64,000 nt of DNA. Source: Scenedesmus sp. PABB004. Taxonomy: Eukaryota. The stretch is from contig JABVCE010000039.1 of assembly GCA_014905635.1 (NCBI GenBank), positions 1-64,000 of the forward strand, given 5' to 3'. The first letter of the stretch is position 1. Each line of letters begins with the position of its first letter. The notes below the pieces were generated by a model, which saw only the letters and a program-made list of their open reading frames with translations, did not search any database and had not been told where the DNA came from. This document shows positions 33,494 to 46,900 of the stretch, in pieces. The translations under genes were made by a program, and so were the position numbers.

Positions 33494-34775
33494 ATGTCGG
33501 ACATCTGGCGCACCGTCACGCCGCCACCGGAGCTGGACGAGGATGACGCAGGCGCGGCGGCGCGCAGGCGCGCGCGCGGGCGCGGCGCCGCCGCACGACA
33601 ACCGACCGCTGCCCGGGCGCGCGGCGCGCAGACTGGGACGCCGGCAGCGACTCGGACGACGAGCCGGCGGCCAGGGCGGCCAAGAGGCGGCGGGGCGCGC
33701 CGCCCTTGCAACAGCAGGTGCGGCGGGCGCGCAGGCCGCGGCGACCGCGCCGGCATCGGCGGCTGGGCTGGCGTAGCGTTCGCAGGACGGCGGTCAGCTC
33801 GCGTGTGCCGTGTCGCCTGCCGCCGCGCCGCAGGCGCCGCCGTCGGACGACCTGGACGCTGCAGGGCCCGGCGCCGGGCAGGAGAGCGAGGAGGGGGACG
33901 AGGTGATCGCCGCGTGCGTGGCGGCGGCGGCGCGGCAGGCGGCGCGCACCCGCAACGGGGCGCAAGCGCGGTGCAGCAAGTCGCCGGTGCTTCTCTTGGA
34001 CAGCGACGAAGCGGCGGACGAGCAGCAGCAGCAGCGGCCGTCGTCACAGCAGGCCGGTGGGGAGCTGGAGCCGGCGCCCGCGCCGCAGGGGCAGGGCAGC
34101 AGGCGGCTGCTCGCGGGCCTGCAGCAGCAGCACGCGAGCACGGACGTGCTCAGCTCTGCCGCGCGCGCGGAGGCCGAGCGCATGCGCCGCATGCGGGAGC
34201 AGCTGGAGCAGGCGCGGCGCGCAGCCGAAGAAGCAGACGAGGAGGAGGACGACGACGACGTGCAGCTGGCGGGTGAGGTGTCGCCCGGCAGCGCACGCTG
34301 GCAGTGCAGCCGCGCGGCGGCGGAGGGCGGCAGCCGTCCCGCGCTCACGGCCGCCGCCCGCCGTCTTGTCGTCTGGCACCGCTGCCGCGCAGCCGCGCCT
34401 GTGGCGGCGGGCCCCCCGCCGAGCGGTGGCGCGGTCGACGACCTTGTGTTGCTGGGCGACCTGGACGCGTGGGTGGGCGCCGCCGACGCCGGGGGTGGCG
34501 CGGCGCCCGCCGACGCCGGCGCCGGCGCCGGCGCCGGCGACGGGCGGCTGGCGCTGCGCTTTGTGGTTCAGGGCCAGGAGGACGTCACGGTGCGCATCCG
34601 CCCGGCCGAGCCGCTGCGCGCGGCGATGGAGCGGTTCACGCGCTTCGCGGCGGAGCAGGGCTGGGGCGACGTCACCCGCTTTGAGACGGCCGAGGGCGAC
34701 CAGCTGACGGGCGCCGAGACCGCGGCGGGGCTGGAGCTGGACGAGGACGACATCATTGAGGTCCACCTCGCCTGA
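33494..34775 (+). CDS. Protein with a C-terminal SUMO-like domain (Rad60/Esc2/NIP45-like)
   Basis: Disordered acidic N-terminus; RLALRFVVQGQEDVTVRIRPAEPL...FETAEGDQLTGAETAAGLELDEDDIIEVHLA with no di-Gly. Confidence 0.65.
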
Positions 34776-35000
34776 CCCCCGCGCCGCCGCCACGCGGGCG
34801 CGCGCTGCGGGGCGAGCCCGCCCTGGATGGGGACGTGATCGTGCGGCCGCGTGCTCGGACCCAGCTGGCCCGCACGCAGGGCGGTGTAAGCGCCGGCGCG
34901 GCAGGCCGGCGGGCGGGCGGGGGCGCGCGCGGTTACCAGCAGCGCTCCGCACGTGCCGCGCCGTGCCGCGCCGCGCCGCCGCGGGCCGCTGCGGGCCGCG

Positions 35001-36845
35001 TCAGAGGTAGCGGCGCCGGATCTCGTCGCGCAGCTCGCGCATCGCCGCGATCTTCCACGGCGTGTTGTCCTCGCCGCCGGCGCCCATGCGCGCGCTCGCG
35101 GCAGCGTTCATCGCGTCGTACGCGCGTAGCGTGCCCTCCAGCACCGCGTAGAGGCGCGCGGGCGTGCTGAAGAGGTAGTCGTGGCTGTCGGTGTACCGCG
35201 TCGGCCCGGGCGTGACCGCGGCGTCGAGCTGGCGGCTGCGCTCGCCGCGGTCGCGCATCGACACGAGGTACTCGAGGATGCGCTTCTCCTTGGGCTGCTG
35301 GCGGTCAAAGTAGTCGCGCGCGCGCACGTACAGGCGGTACGACACCCACTTGGCCTCGTCGAGCGTCATGTTTGTGTCGCGCGCCGCGCCGTACGCGCGC
35401 GCGCTGATCTGCAGGAACGCGGGGTCGATCTTGCCCGCCTCCGCCAGCGCAGCCATCTTGGCGTCCGCGTCCTCCACGCTGCTGATCTGCGCGGCCGGGC
35501 GCACGCACGCGGGCGGGCGCGTGGGCGGGCGCGCGGGGGGTGCGCGGGCCGGCGCGCGCCGCGCCGCTGTGCCGCGCGCGGCGCTGCCGTGTGTCACGGC
35601 GCGGCGCGCGGCGCGGCGCGCGCACGCTCGAGAGCAGGTCACGGTAGACCTCCGCCGCGGCCTCCAGCTTCTCCGTGTCCGCCGCGACCGAGTCGTGCGC
35701 GGTCACGAGCGCGAGCAGGCGCGTGTTGATGAGCACCAGCTCCTCCTTGCGCGCCTTGTCGTCCTTGGCCGCCGCGACAAGGCACTGCGCGGCGCGGGGG
35801 CGCGGCGCCGCGCATTGGCGCGTGCCGAGCGCCCGCCGCCCCCGCCCGCGCAGCCGCCGCCCGCGCGCTGAGTCCACCGCGCTGCGTCCGCGCGCGGCTG
35901 GTGCGCGCGCCTGGAGGTGCTGGAAGAAGGGCTTCTGCAGGTCGCCGCGGTAGACCGCGACCACGGCCTCCCACTCCTCCTGCTGCGCGGCCAGGAACTT
36001 GGCGAGCACGTCGTTGTAGCGGCTCACCTCCTCGTCCACGCCCTGCAGCGAGCGGAAGAGCCGGCGCAGGCGCATCTTCTTGTCGACGTCGGCCTCGCCG
36101 TCGGCGAGCGACCGGATTCTGCGACCAGCGGCGGCGGCGGCGGCGCTGAGCGCGCGCAGACGAGCGTGGCAGCGCCGCGCCCCCGCCATGCGATGCTTGA
36201 GCGGCGCGGTCACGCGCCGCCGCGCCGGCGCCGCCGCGCCGCTGCGCGCGCCTGTCGAGCACGCCCGACTTGTGCTGGCCCCACTGCTTGCTGAACACGA
36301 TGAGCTTCTTCCAGTCGTCCCGCGGGCGCTCCTGGAAGATGGCGATGAGGCGGTCGTAGATCTCCCGGTACTGCGCCGCGCTCAGCGTCGCCTCGGCCTT
36401 GGGGCTCACCAGCGGCTGCTCGCTCACGCCGCTCGGCGCCGGCGCTGGCGGCGCCACGCCTGCGGCGGCGGCCACCGCTGCTGCGGCGGCGCTGGTGCTG
36501 CTGCTGCTGCTGCTGCTGCTGGCGGCTGCGGCGCCCTCTGCCGGCGGCGCCGCCGCCGCAGGCTGCGGCGGCTCGGCTGCTGCTGCCGGCGCGGCGCCGC
36601 TGCTGCCGCTGGGAGCCTGGGCGGCCGCGCGCGCCCGACGGTGGCCTGCGTCGTCGCGTCGCGGGCGGCGTGGGCGGCGGACGGGAGCATGCGAGAGCGC
36701 CGCACGCGGCACGGCAGCGGCGGCCGCCGAGCGGCCCACCTGGCGCCGCGCCCACGCAGCGCTGCCGCGGCGCGGCCACAGGAACGATCGCGGAAGGACG
36801 CGGGCACGCCGCTGCCCGCCGGGCCAGCGGCAGGGCGCCGCGCAT
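35001..36845 (-). CDS. At4g37920-like chloroplast protein
   Basis: Transit-peptide-like start; DRLIAIF...DDWKKLIVFSKQW, KIDPAFLQISARAY, PKEKRILEYLVS, LFSTPARL. Confidence 0.8.
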
Positions 36846-37118
36846 GGCTGGCGGCGAGCGTGCGCTCGACGCGGCACGTGTGGTGGCGCCCCGGCTGCAG
36901 GTGCGGCGGGGTGAGCTCGGATGTGCTTCTGGTGTCGGCGGCCACTCAACGCAGCGGTGGCGCGGCGGAGGTGAGCGCGGCGGCCGGTCGTCAAAAAGGT
37001 TCAGCGGCCGCCGCCGCGCGCCGCCCCGCGCTCGCCCTCTCACTGTACAGCGCTGCGCCGGCGTGATGCTATTGTACAACTCGCCCCCGCCCCCACAGCC
37101 ACACGGCTCACGCACGCC

Positions 37119-38507
37119 TCAGCCGCTCGCGGGCACGCGCGCCGGCTCCGCGCGCGCGGGCAGGGCCCCGTCAAAGGCGATGCCGTCCTCGTAGGTGCGG
37201 CCCGCGTCGCCCCAGCGCGTGGCGGCCAGGAACTGGTCAAATGTGAGCAGCCCCGGGAAGTCGCGGCGGCACGCGGCGACGTCGGCCTCAAACCCCGTGT
37301 CGCGCAGGAACGTGGTGATGCGCCACAGGTCCCTGCGAGGCCGCGTCGCGTCGGCTCGGGTTGAACACGGCGGCGGCGTCGGCGGGCGGCGGAGCGAGCC
37401 GCGCGGCTGCGCGCGCGGCCGCCCCCATGCCCCGCGCGCGCCTGCTGAGGAACCAGAACAGCCATGCGGGCGGGCAGCTGTGCTTGACGGGCGCGCCGCC
37501 CTGCGCGCGCGAGAAGGCCTCGCACATCTGGCGCGGCGTGAGCTCGTCGCCCGCGAGCGCGATCTTGCGCCCCGCCCACGCGCCCGGGTCGGCGCTCGTC
37601 AGCGCGGTCGCCGCCGCGAGGCCCACGTCGCGCGCCGCCACGAGCTGCAGCGGGCGGTCGCCTGCGGCGCGGCGGCGCTGCCCTGTGGCGCTTGCTGCGC
37701 CGGGCCGCGCGCCTGTGGCGTCCATGCGCCGCCGCACCCGGGAGGCTGAAGGTGAAGGTCTGCCGCCCGACGAGGCCGGGGCGGGTGTAGCGCTTCCAAA
37801 ACTCCTCCATGAACATCGTCGCGCCGAGCATGACCCCCGGCGCGCCGCTCCCGAGCAGCACGTCCTCGACCGCGTGCTTCTGGTCCATCTGGCTGATGCC
37901 CGCCCCCGCGCCGCGCCCCGCGGAGCTGTTGTACGCGACCAGCGCCAGCCGCCCCCCCGCCGCGGCCAGCAGGCCCGCGAGCGCGCGCGCGCGCACGAGC
38001 TCCGCGGGGTCGGCGCTCGCCGCGTCGCCGGAGAGGGCGTGGACGTACACGCCCCGCGCGGCGGCCAGGTGCGGCGCCAGGCTGGCGGGCGCGTCGAGGT
38101 CGCCGGCCACCACCTCGACGCCCCGCGCCGCCACCGCGCGCGCCGCCGCGCCGCCCGGGTTGCGGCTGACCGCGACCAGCTGCGACGGACGCAGCCCGCC
38201 CGCGAGCAGGCCCTCCAGCGCGCACCTGCGCCGCGCGCCAGCCGCGCGCGTCAGCGGCAACAGCGGCGAACGCCGCGCGCCGCGCCGCCGTGTCGCGCAC
38301 GCGGACGTCCGCACACCTGCCCGTCACGCCCGTGATGCCCAGCAGCAGCACCTTGTCGTCCTCAGACAGCGGCGCGCCCGGCGACGCCGCGGCGCGGGCG
38401 GGGGACGCCGCCATGCTGCGCCGGCGCCGCGCGGCCGGGGCGGGGCGCGGCGCAGGGCTGCTGCGGCACGCCTGACCGGGCGGGGCCAGGCGCTGGCGGA
38501 CGAGCAT
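37119..38507 (-). CDS. NmrA-like NAD(P)-binding Rossmann protein
   Basis: VLLLGITGVTG, VSRNP, GVEVVAGDL, DQKHAVE, TMFMEEF, LQLVAARDVG, IALAGDELT. Confidence 0.88.
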
Positions 38508-39225
38508 GCTTGGCGCAGCGTTCGGCGCCCGCCGTCGTCGCCGTTCGCGGCGGTTGCGAGCAGCGATCGCGGCGCCGCAGGTGCGTAGCAGGTGGCGGGA
38601 AGCTGCTGACGAGCTCTGGGCAGGCACACGCTCTCGGTGGGCACCGTGCGGCGGCGGCGGCGGCGGCGGGGCGCTGTGCGCCGTGCAGCGCTAGGGCCAG
38701 GCGCCGCGCTGCCAGGGCGCGTGCGGCGATCCCAGCGACGGTGGAGGGCGCTCGCCCACGCATTCTCCCAGCCCGCTCCGCGCCTGCCGTGCAGCCCGCA
38801 CACGCGTTCGCGGGGCCAGGCTGCTGCGCACGGCGCCGCCAGCGCTCGGCGCTCTTGCAGGCGCCCGCCCACACGACGCCTGTGGCGCACAGCCGCGACC
38901 GCGCCGCGCCCAGGCCGCCGCGACCCGGGAGCGCCGCGGCGGCGCGCTGCGAGCAGCGGCGAGCCGGACGGCGGCGGCAGCTTAGGCAGGCAAAAGCAGG
39001 AGCACCCGCTGCAGCGCGCGTCCAAGCCCGCCGGTGCGCCCGGATCCACACGGCCCGGCCGCCGCCGCTGCCGCGCCGGCGCCTCGTGTGCATGCGCTCG
39101 CCCCTGAGCGGCCGCTGCCGGCGCCGCGCGCAGGGGCCTGGCTGACTGACGCCCGCAGCGGCGGCGGCGCGCTGCCCCGCCCGCCGGGCGCGGGCGCGGG
39201 CCGCGCGCAGCGGCGCGGGGGCGCG

Positions 39226-40808
39226 ATGGCAGCGCCCGAGGTCGAGCTCGAGGACGCGGTGTTTGTGCGGGGGCGCAGCACGTACGCGCGGCCGACCTCG
39301 ATCCACCACTGGCAGCTGCGCGACCTCATCTCCGCGGGCGAGGGCGAGGACGAGTTCCTGTGCGTCCACCACCAGCGCCTCTACGCCTACAACGCGGCGC
39401 GCCGCCAGAGCGCCGCGATCAGCAGCCTCGAGTTTGCTGCCAACAGCATGACCGCGCGCCACGGCTTCCTCGCAGCGGGCGGCCTGCACGGAGAGGTGCA
39501 GCCGCGCGCCCGCCCGCCCGCCCCGGCGCGCGCGCAGCGCGGCGCGCGCCGTGGCGCCGCCGCCCACGCCGCTGGCGCCGCGCAGCTCGAGGTGCGCGAC
39601 CTCGCGGGCGGCAACGCGCTGTGCTTCAAGGGCTGCGTCGGCAGCACCGTCAACAACGCGCTGCACATCGCCAAGCACAGCGACGGTGGGCCGCCGCGCG
39701 CCGCGCCGGGCACCGCGGGCGCGCAGCACCGGCCGGCCCACGCCCCCGCGCCCGCGCCGCGCCGCAGGCGAGGCGCGCCTGTTTGTGTGCTGCAACGACA
39801 GCAGCATCAAGGTCTTCCGACTGCCCAGCATGGACGGCGTCACCGTCGTGCGGTGCGCCACGTGCGGCCGCTCCGCCGCGCACGCGCGCGCGCCCGAGCC
39901 GCCCGAGCCGCCCGAGCCGCCCGAGCCGCCCGAGCCGCCTGAGCCGCCCGAGCCGCCCGCCGCCCCGCCCCCGCGCGGCGCGCAGGTGTCCCTGCCCCAT
40001 CAACTACGCCGCGCTGAGCCCGGACGGCGCCTACCTGGTGGCGGTGGGGGACTGCGAGCCGACGCTGCTGTACCAGGCGACGCCCACAGGTGCGCGGCGC
40101 CTGCGCGCGCCCCGCATCGGCGGGCTGCGCGCCCGCGCAGCACCGAGTCCGCACCAAGGCCGCCCCGCGCCCGCCCTCACCCCCGCTCGCCGCGCGCGCG
40201 GCGCCAGGCTACACGCTGCTGAGCTCCTTCACGGAGGCCGTGGACGTGGGCATGTGCGCCGCGTGGAACGCGCACGGCTCGCTGCTCGCGTCGTGCCACC
40301 AGGACGGCACCGTCGCGGTGTGGGAGCAGCGCAGCGGCGCGTGCGTCGCGCGGCTCGCGCTGCACACCGCAGCGCGGTGCCTCAAGTTCAGCGCGCCGCC
40401 GCTCGACCTGCTCGCGGTGAGCGAGCACGAGGAGCGCGTGAGCCTCGTCGACGCGCGGCGCTGGGACAGGCGCCAGGTGCTGCGCCTCAGCGGCGCCAGC
40501 CCGGGCGCGAGCCCCGGCCGCGGCGGGCGCGCGCTGGACGTGAGCGGCCTCGCGTTCAGCCCCTCGGTGAGCCGCCGGCGCGGCAGGCGGGGCGCAGCGC
40601 GCGCGCGGACGCGCGCGCGGGCCGGCGGCCGCGCGCGCGCCGCGGGCGCAGCCCCAGGGACGCGCCGCCACGCTGAGCCGCCGCCGCCCGGCCGCCGCGG
40701 GCGGGGGCGCAGGGCGCGCGGCTGTGGGTGGGGCTGGAGGAGTGCGTCATGGGGTACGACGTGGACAGCCTCACACGGCGCACGTTTGGCACGGCCGACA
40801 TACTCTGA
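39226..40808 (+). CDS. DUF2415-type WD40 repeat protein (Gid11/YLR149C-like)
   Basis: SIHHWQLRDLI, LAAGGLHGE, VNNALHI, CNDSSIK, INYAALSPDG, HQDGTVAVWE, KFS...DLLAVSEH, VSGLAFSP. Confidence 0.85.
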
Positions 40809-41044
40809 CGCGCCGCGGGGCACACCGCGCACGGCGCGGGCCGCTGGCCTGGCCAGCCGTTGGGTTACCGCTCCCGCCGCGACGGCGACGCCCGCGAGGC
40901 GGCCCCCGCGCGGCCGGCGCAAAGTGTGCTCTTGTACGTCAGGTCAGCAGCGCGCCCCGGTCAGCCCACGCGTGTTGTTTGCCCAGGAGTTGCGGTCAGG
41001 TTGTGGCAGCTTGACAGGCTCTGCTCGCCCCCATCGGCGCGGCG

Positions 41045-41289
41045 TCAGTGCTTGAGGATGATGTAGAAGGCGTGGATGACGCCGGGGATCCAGATCAGCA
41101 GCGTGAGCAGGATGTTGATGCAGAGGTCGCGCCCGCACCCCACCTGCAGACGGCGGCAGCAGCGCGTCAGCGGCCGTTCCGCCAGCGCTCGCCGGCGGCG
41201 CTGCAGGCGCTCACCTCGAGGAAGACCCCGAGCGGCGGAAGAAAGACCGCACAGATCATCTTGCAGATGTCGGAGCACGTGAACGCCAT
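41045..41289 (-). CDS. PMP3/RCI2-family small hydrophobic membrane protein (2 exons)
   Basis: MAFTCSDICKMICAVFLPPLGVFLE|VGCGRDLCINILLTLLIWIPGVIHAFYIILKH. Confidence 0.95.
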
Positions 41290-41909
41290 CGTGGCGGGGC
41301 GAGCCGGGGCGAGCCGGAGATGCTTGCGACAAGCTGGTGGTGGCGAGGGCGTCGGTGGGCGTCCGGCAGCTGATGTCCTGGCTCGGGCGCGCGCGTGGGA
41401 GCTCGGGGGAGCGGGCAGGGGGGCGCGCTGTGCCGCGCCAGGGCACTGTGCGACCCAGTCGCATCAACGCGCACTCAGCTCTGGCTGAGGTGGCATCATC
41501 AGCTGCCGAGCTCTTTGGCGCGCTCGTGCCGGCTTAGACTCGCGCGTCAGCTGCTTCCCAGCCTCGAGGGGGCTGCTGCAGAGTGTCACCAGCCGCCGCA
41601 CGCTGCTTGCACCGCACGCTCTCGCCCGCGCCGTCGTCGCAGGCGCTGCCACGCTCTCACACACGAGGGGGGCCAGAAACGGTCATGCAGCCAAGGCCAG
41701 CCCTTGACGGCAGGGCGCGGCCAGCCCGCCGTCAGTCCACGCGTCAAGAAAGTCGGTCGCCGGTCAGCACCCTTTGCCGGTCAGGAGCCCCCCCCCCTCC
41801 CCGCTCGCGCCTCACCCACGCCCGATGGTCAGTGCTCGCCTAAGGCCTACACGCGCGCCCCCTCCCGCGTCGTCGTTCAGTGTACAAGAGCGCCCCACGC
41901 CCGCGCGCC

Positions 41910-43513
41910 TCACCACGCGGGCTTGGTGACGGCTGCCCGGCCCTGCGTGCCCCAGGGGTCGCTGCTGCCGCCCGCCAGCACCTGCGGCTCGCTCAGCCCG
42001 CGCACGCCAAACGCGCCGCCGCCCGCCGACGTGCGGGCGCCGTCGGCGCCGCCCGACAGGCTGTACACCGCGGGGTTGACGTGCCCCCCGCCGCCGCCAC
42101 CGGGCGGCATGCTGGCCGCCGGCTGCGGCAGCAGCGCCGGCGGCGCGTGGAAGGGCTCCTGCGCGGCCGGGCCGGGCAGCGGGTTGAGGGGCGCGCGGCT
42201 GAGCGGCGCGCGGCGGCGCCGCAGCGCGCAGGCGCCCTGCGCGCCGCCGCGGCGCGCGCCTCACCATGCCCACTACCGGCAGCGGCAGCACGGCCGCGCC
42301 GGGCACGCCCGCGGGCAGGCCGGAGGTCGTGGCGACGGTGCGCGAGAGGTGCTCCAGCTCGCGCACGTACTTGCCGTTGCTGATGCCCACGCGCTTGGCC
42401 ATCTCGCTGAGCGCGCCGCAGAGCATGAGGATGGCGTGGTTGCTGAATCCCACCTGCTCGCTCACCAGGCCCACCTTGCCGCCCACGAGCGCGAGCTCGC
42501 TGCCCAGCGCGCCCTGCGCCTCCAGCAGCTCCTCCTGCTTGCCGCCCAGCACCGCCATGCGCTCCAGCAGGTCCGCCGCGCGCGCCTCAAACTGCGCGCG
42601 CACCGTGTCCATGCCTGCGGGCGCGAGGAGGGCGGCGCCGGCGCCGTGAGCCGCCAGGCCGGCCGCGGCGCGCGGGCGGGCGGCGCGCGCGGGCGGCGCG
42701 GCGGTGCGGGTGCGCCGCACCCTGCTTCATCGACTCGCTCACGCTCTGCAGCGACGCGCGCGTGACGTACATGAGGTCGGCCAGGCGCCAGCCCTTCACG
42801 TAGCGCAGGTACAGCGCGACGCCGCCAGCGACCAGCACCACGCCGCCCGCCGTGCCCAACCTGCGCGCGGCGCGGGGCCGGCGTGCCGCAGCGGCGGCGC
42901 GTGGCAGCGTCGGCAGCCCGCCTGCTGCGGTGCGGAGAGGGGGGAGGGGCGCGGGCGCGGGCGCCGCGCGCCCGCTGCTGCTGCTGCCCCCGCGCGCTCT
43001 CGCTCGCGTGGAGCTGCCGCGCGCGCCGGCGCCGCCGCAGCGGCACCGGAGCGCCGGTCGCGGTGCACCCGCACCCCGATTTGCCGTTGCCGCCCGCCAC
43101 GATGACCGTGGGCTGCTGGCGGTCGTGCAGCGTCTTCAGCAGCGCGTTCTGCAGGTCGTCCACGTTCCTCTGCAGCCGCGACACCTGCGTCGGCGTGAGC
43201 CGGGTCCTGGGCGCGCCGGAGGCGGGCGCCCGGGCGCGGCGCGCGCGCGCGGGCGGCGTAGGAGGGCGAGGGCGATGGCCACCCACCTCGGCCAGGTTGC
43301 TGGCGCCCTTCTTGGCCCAGTAGTCGTACAGGCCCGACGCCAGGTCCTTGGAGCTGAGTATGGCGTCGCTGTCGCGGTAGGCCGTGTACGCGGCCGCGCC
43401 TGCGGCATGGGCCGGCCCCGCGTCGGCCCCCGCGCCGCATGGGCCCTCCCACGCGCGGCCGCGTGCGCCCGCTCACCCGCGGCGCCGCCCAGGAGGCCCT
43501 TGAACATCGCCAT
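41910..43513 (-). CDS. DUF1664-family membrane/coiled-coil protein
   Basis: Transmembrane segment followed by YLRYVKGWRLADLMYVTRASL, a coiled coil, then FSNHAILMLC. Confidence 0.75.
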
Positions 43514-43934
43514 GCCGCCCACGCGGGGGTCTGCTGCTGCTGCTGCTCCGGCTCACGCGCGCATCGCCGGGGCCGCGAGAGTGGGCCGACGGGCCAGGGG
43601 GGCGCGAGCCTGCCTGCTGCGAAGTGGCGCGGGATCAGCTGTGGCTCCGGCACAGCAGCGGCGTGCCGCGGGCGTCGCCGGCGGTTTGGCGCGCGTGACG
43701 CCTCGCACGCGCAGCCGCCGGGCCCGCCGCCGCTCGCGAGGGCGGCCGCCGTTCACCCCCGCGCTGCCGCTGGCCGCGCTGCGCGCGCCGCCGCCGTGGC
43801 ACGCGCGCGCGCCCCGGCGCGCGCCAGGCTGCGCGCGCAGAGCCAGAGTCGCGGGCGGCCGCTCGTCACACGCCGCCGCCGCTCTCTCCGCCCTCCCTCA
43901 AGCCCACTCTCTCCAGGCAGCAGGGCCTCCCCAC

Positions 43935-46900
43935 TCACGCGCGGCCGTCGCTGTTGAACTGCAGCAGCACCGACGGCTGCAGGCGCAGGCCGCGCTGCTG
44001 CACGAGCAGGCGCAGCTGGCGGCTGAGCGCGAGGCTCAGCCGCACCTCGGTCCCCGGCTCGCCGCCGTCGCTGGGCGCGGCGGGCATGTTGTGGCTGAGC
44101 GCCGCGACGAGGCGCCGCCCGAGCGCGAGCTCGACCTCCGTGCCGAGCGCGAGGCTGCGCAGCAGGCGCGCGCCCGAGTCGCCCGCGCCGCCCTTGGCGC
44201 CCGAGGCCTGCGGGTCGGCGCTCGAGAGCAGGCCGGGCAGGCTCGGCGCGCTCACGAGGCGCCAGCGCGCCGCGCCGAGCTGGCCCTGCGTCTCAATCTT
44301 GGGCAGCAGGCTGCCCAGCGTGTTGCCCGCGAGCACGCCCAGGCTGAGGCTGCCGTCCTCGCCCAGCAGCGCCTCGGACAGGCGGCCCTCAAACACGCGC
44401 GCGACCGCGCGCCCGCCCAGCGCGTCGCCGGCGAGGCCCTCCAGCGCGCCCTCGCGCCCGCCGGCGCCGCCGCCGCCGCCGACGCCGGCGCCGCCGGCGA
44501 CGCCGCCGGCACCGGCGCCGCCGACGGCGCCGCCCGCGCCGGTCGCGGTGAGCGTGAGGTGCTCCTGCCAGGCCGACGCGCGGCCGCTGATGGCGGCGCG
44601 CAGCTCGCTGCTCGCGAGCGCGACCTCGACCACCGGGTCGCCCAGGCCGCCCTCGGGCGTGAAGGTCAGCGCGTTGGGCGCCTCGCGCTCGAGCCGGAAC
44701 TGCGTGGCCACCAGGTTGAGCACGCCGCCCTCGAGCCGCAGCACGCCCGCGGGGCGCAGCCCGGCGGGGGACGTGGGGTCGCCGCTGAGCGAGAGCCGCC
44801 CCGACACGCCGACGTTGAGCACGACCGGGAAGACCGCGCGCAGCTCGGGGCCGAGCACCACCTCCAGCCCCGCCAGCACCACGCGCGGCGCGCCGGCGCC
44901 GCCGGGCGCGGGCAGCAGGAACGGCGGCGGCGCGCCCGCGCCGCCCGCGGCCGCGGCCGCGCCCGCGCCGCCGCCGCCCGGCGCGTGGTAGTGCGGCTCG
45001 AGCGCCGCGCGCGCGCGGCCGGCCTTGAGCGCCGCAAACGCGGTGCGCACGAGCTCCGCCTGGCTGGCGCCCGCGGGCGCCGCGGGCGCGGGCACGTCGG
45101 GGCCGGCGCCGCCCGCGGGCGGCACCAGGTACACGGTGCCCCGGCTCAGGCTCACGCTCCCGCCCAGCGCCGGCGCGTCCAGCCCGCCGCGCAGCGCGAG
45201 CGCCGCGTCGAGGCTGCCGCTGTAGAGCCCCCGCACGCGCAGCTCCAGGCCCGACACCGCGAGGCTCAGGCCCGCCGCCTCGCCCGCGCCGCCGCCCGCC
45301 GGCGCCGGCGCCGGCGCCACGCGCAGCGGCAGGCCCCCGGCGAGGGAGATGGTGCCCTTGGGCCCCGACCGCGCCTCCAGCCCCGACACGGTCAGGCGCT
45401 CTCCGTCGAGCGCGAGGCTGCCGCTCAGCTGCGTGAGCGGGTGCCGCAGCGCCGCGGTCGAGAGGCTGCCCTTGGAGAACGCGGCGCGCCCGGTCAGCAG
45501 CGGCGCGGCGGCGGGGCCGGTCGCCGCGAGCGACACGCTCGCGCCGCCGCCGCCCCAGGTCACGCCCGGCGCGAGGCCCGCCAGCAGCGCCATGCCGCCG
45601 TCCTTCACGCTCAGCGCCAGCTCCAGCTGCGGCTCAGACCCGCCGCCCGGCGGACTCGCGGGCGCGGCCGCCGCGCCGCCGGCCTGCTCCGCCGCCCGCG
45701 CCGCAGCCTGCTCAGCCGCCTGCGCGGCCCTCTGCGCCGCGCGCTGCGCCTTGCGCCCGGCCCTGCCGCCCTTGCTGCCGCTGGCGCCCGAGCCGCCGCC
45801 GGCGCCGCCGGCCTCGCCGTCGGCGGCGCTGCCAGCCGCTGGTTCCGGCGGCTCAGGCGCGGGCGTGTCGCCGCTCGCCGCGGCCGGCGCCTCGCCGCCC
45901 GCCGTTGCCGCCGCGGCCGCCGCGTCGGCGCTCGCGGCAGCGCTGTCACCCAGGAGGTCGACGCTGCCGGCGAGGCGGATGTGGCCGTGGCTGTCCGCGG
46001 GCGCCAGCTCCACGTCCATGGCCAGCTGCTGCGCGGAGTTGAGCGCGAGGCTCGCGGTGGCGCGCGCGAGGCGCTGCCGCCCCAGCGCGCCGTCCAGCAG
46101 GCGCAGCGAGATGACGCCCGTCGGCGCCGACGCGCTGCCGCCGAGCGCGCCGCGCACATTGAGCAGGCCAGACACGGGGCTGCCTGCGCGCGGCGGCGGC
46201 GGCAGCGGTCAGCGGGGCGCCCCCCTCGCCGCCGCGCCGGAACGCCAGGCCGCCGCAGGCCTGCCCCCCCCCCCCCCCAACCCTCCCCGCTATTGTGCTG
46301 CGCGGGGCTCACTGAGGAAGGGCTCCAGGGGGTCCGCCTGCTCGCGCGCCGCGGGCGAGGGCAGCTTCAGGCCCAGCCCCGCGAGCCGCGCCTCCAGGCG
46401 CGCGCCCAGGCCCGACAGCGCGGTCGAGCCCGGCAGCAGCAGCCCGCCCATGCCGCGCTCGTGCGGCGGCCGCCCGCCCGCGGCGGCGCGCGCGTCCAGC
46501 GCGGGCGCCGCGTGCTGCGGGCGCGCGCGGCGGCAGGCGCGGCGACAGGGTGAGCGGGCGCCCGAGCGGGCCGCAGCAGCCCCCTCGGACCGCGAGCGCC
46601 CCTCCCCGCCCCGCCCCGCCCCGCCCCGCCCCGCCCCGCCCCGCCCCGCCCCGCCCCGCCCCGCCCCGCCCCGCCCCGCCCCGCCCCGCCCGCCCGCGCG
46701 CGTGCCGCCGCACCTGCAGCGCCGGCAGCGCCGCAAAGAGCGGCTGCAGCAGCACGGCGGGAAAGTCGGTCAGCGCGAACGACGCGTCCTGCGCCTGCCC
46801 CAGCAGGCAGCCGCGCGCGTGCAGCGTCGCGCCGCCCACGACGAGGCGCAGCTCCTCCAGGTTGATGCCCTCGCTGCCGTCCGCGGAGCCGCGCAGCAGC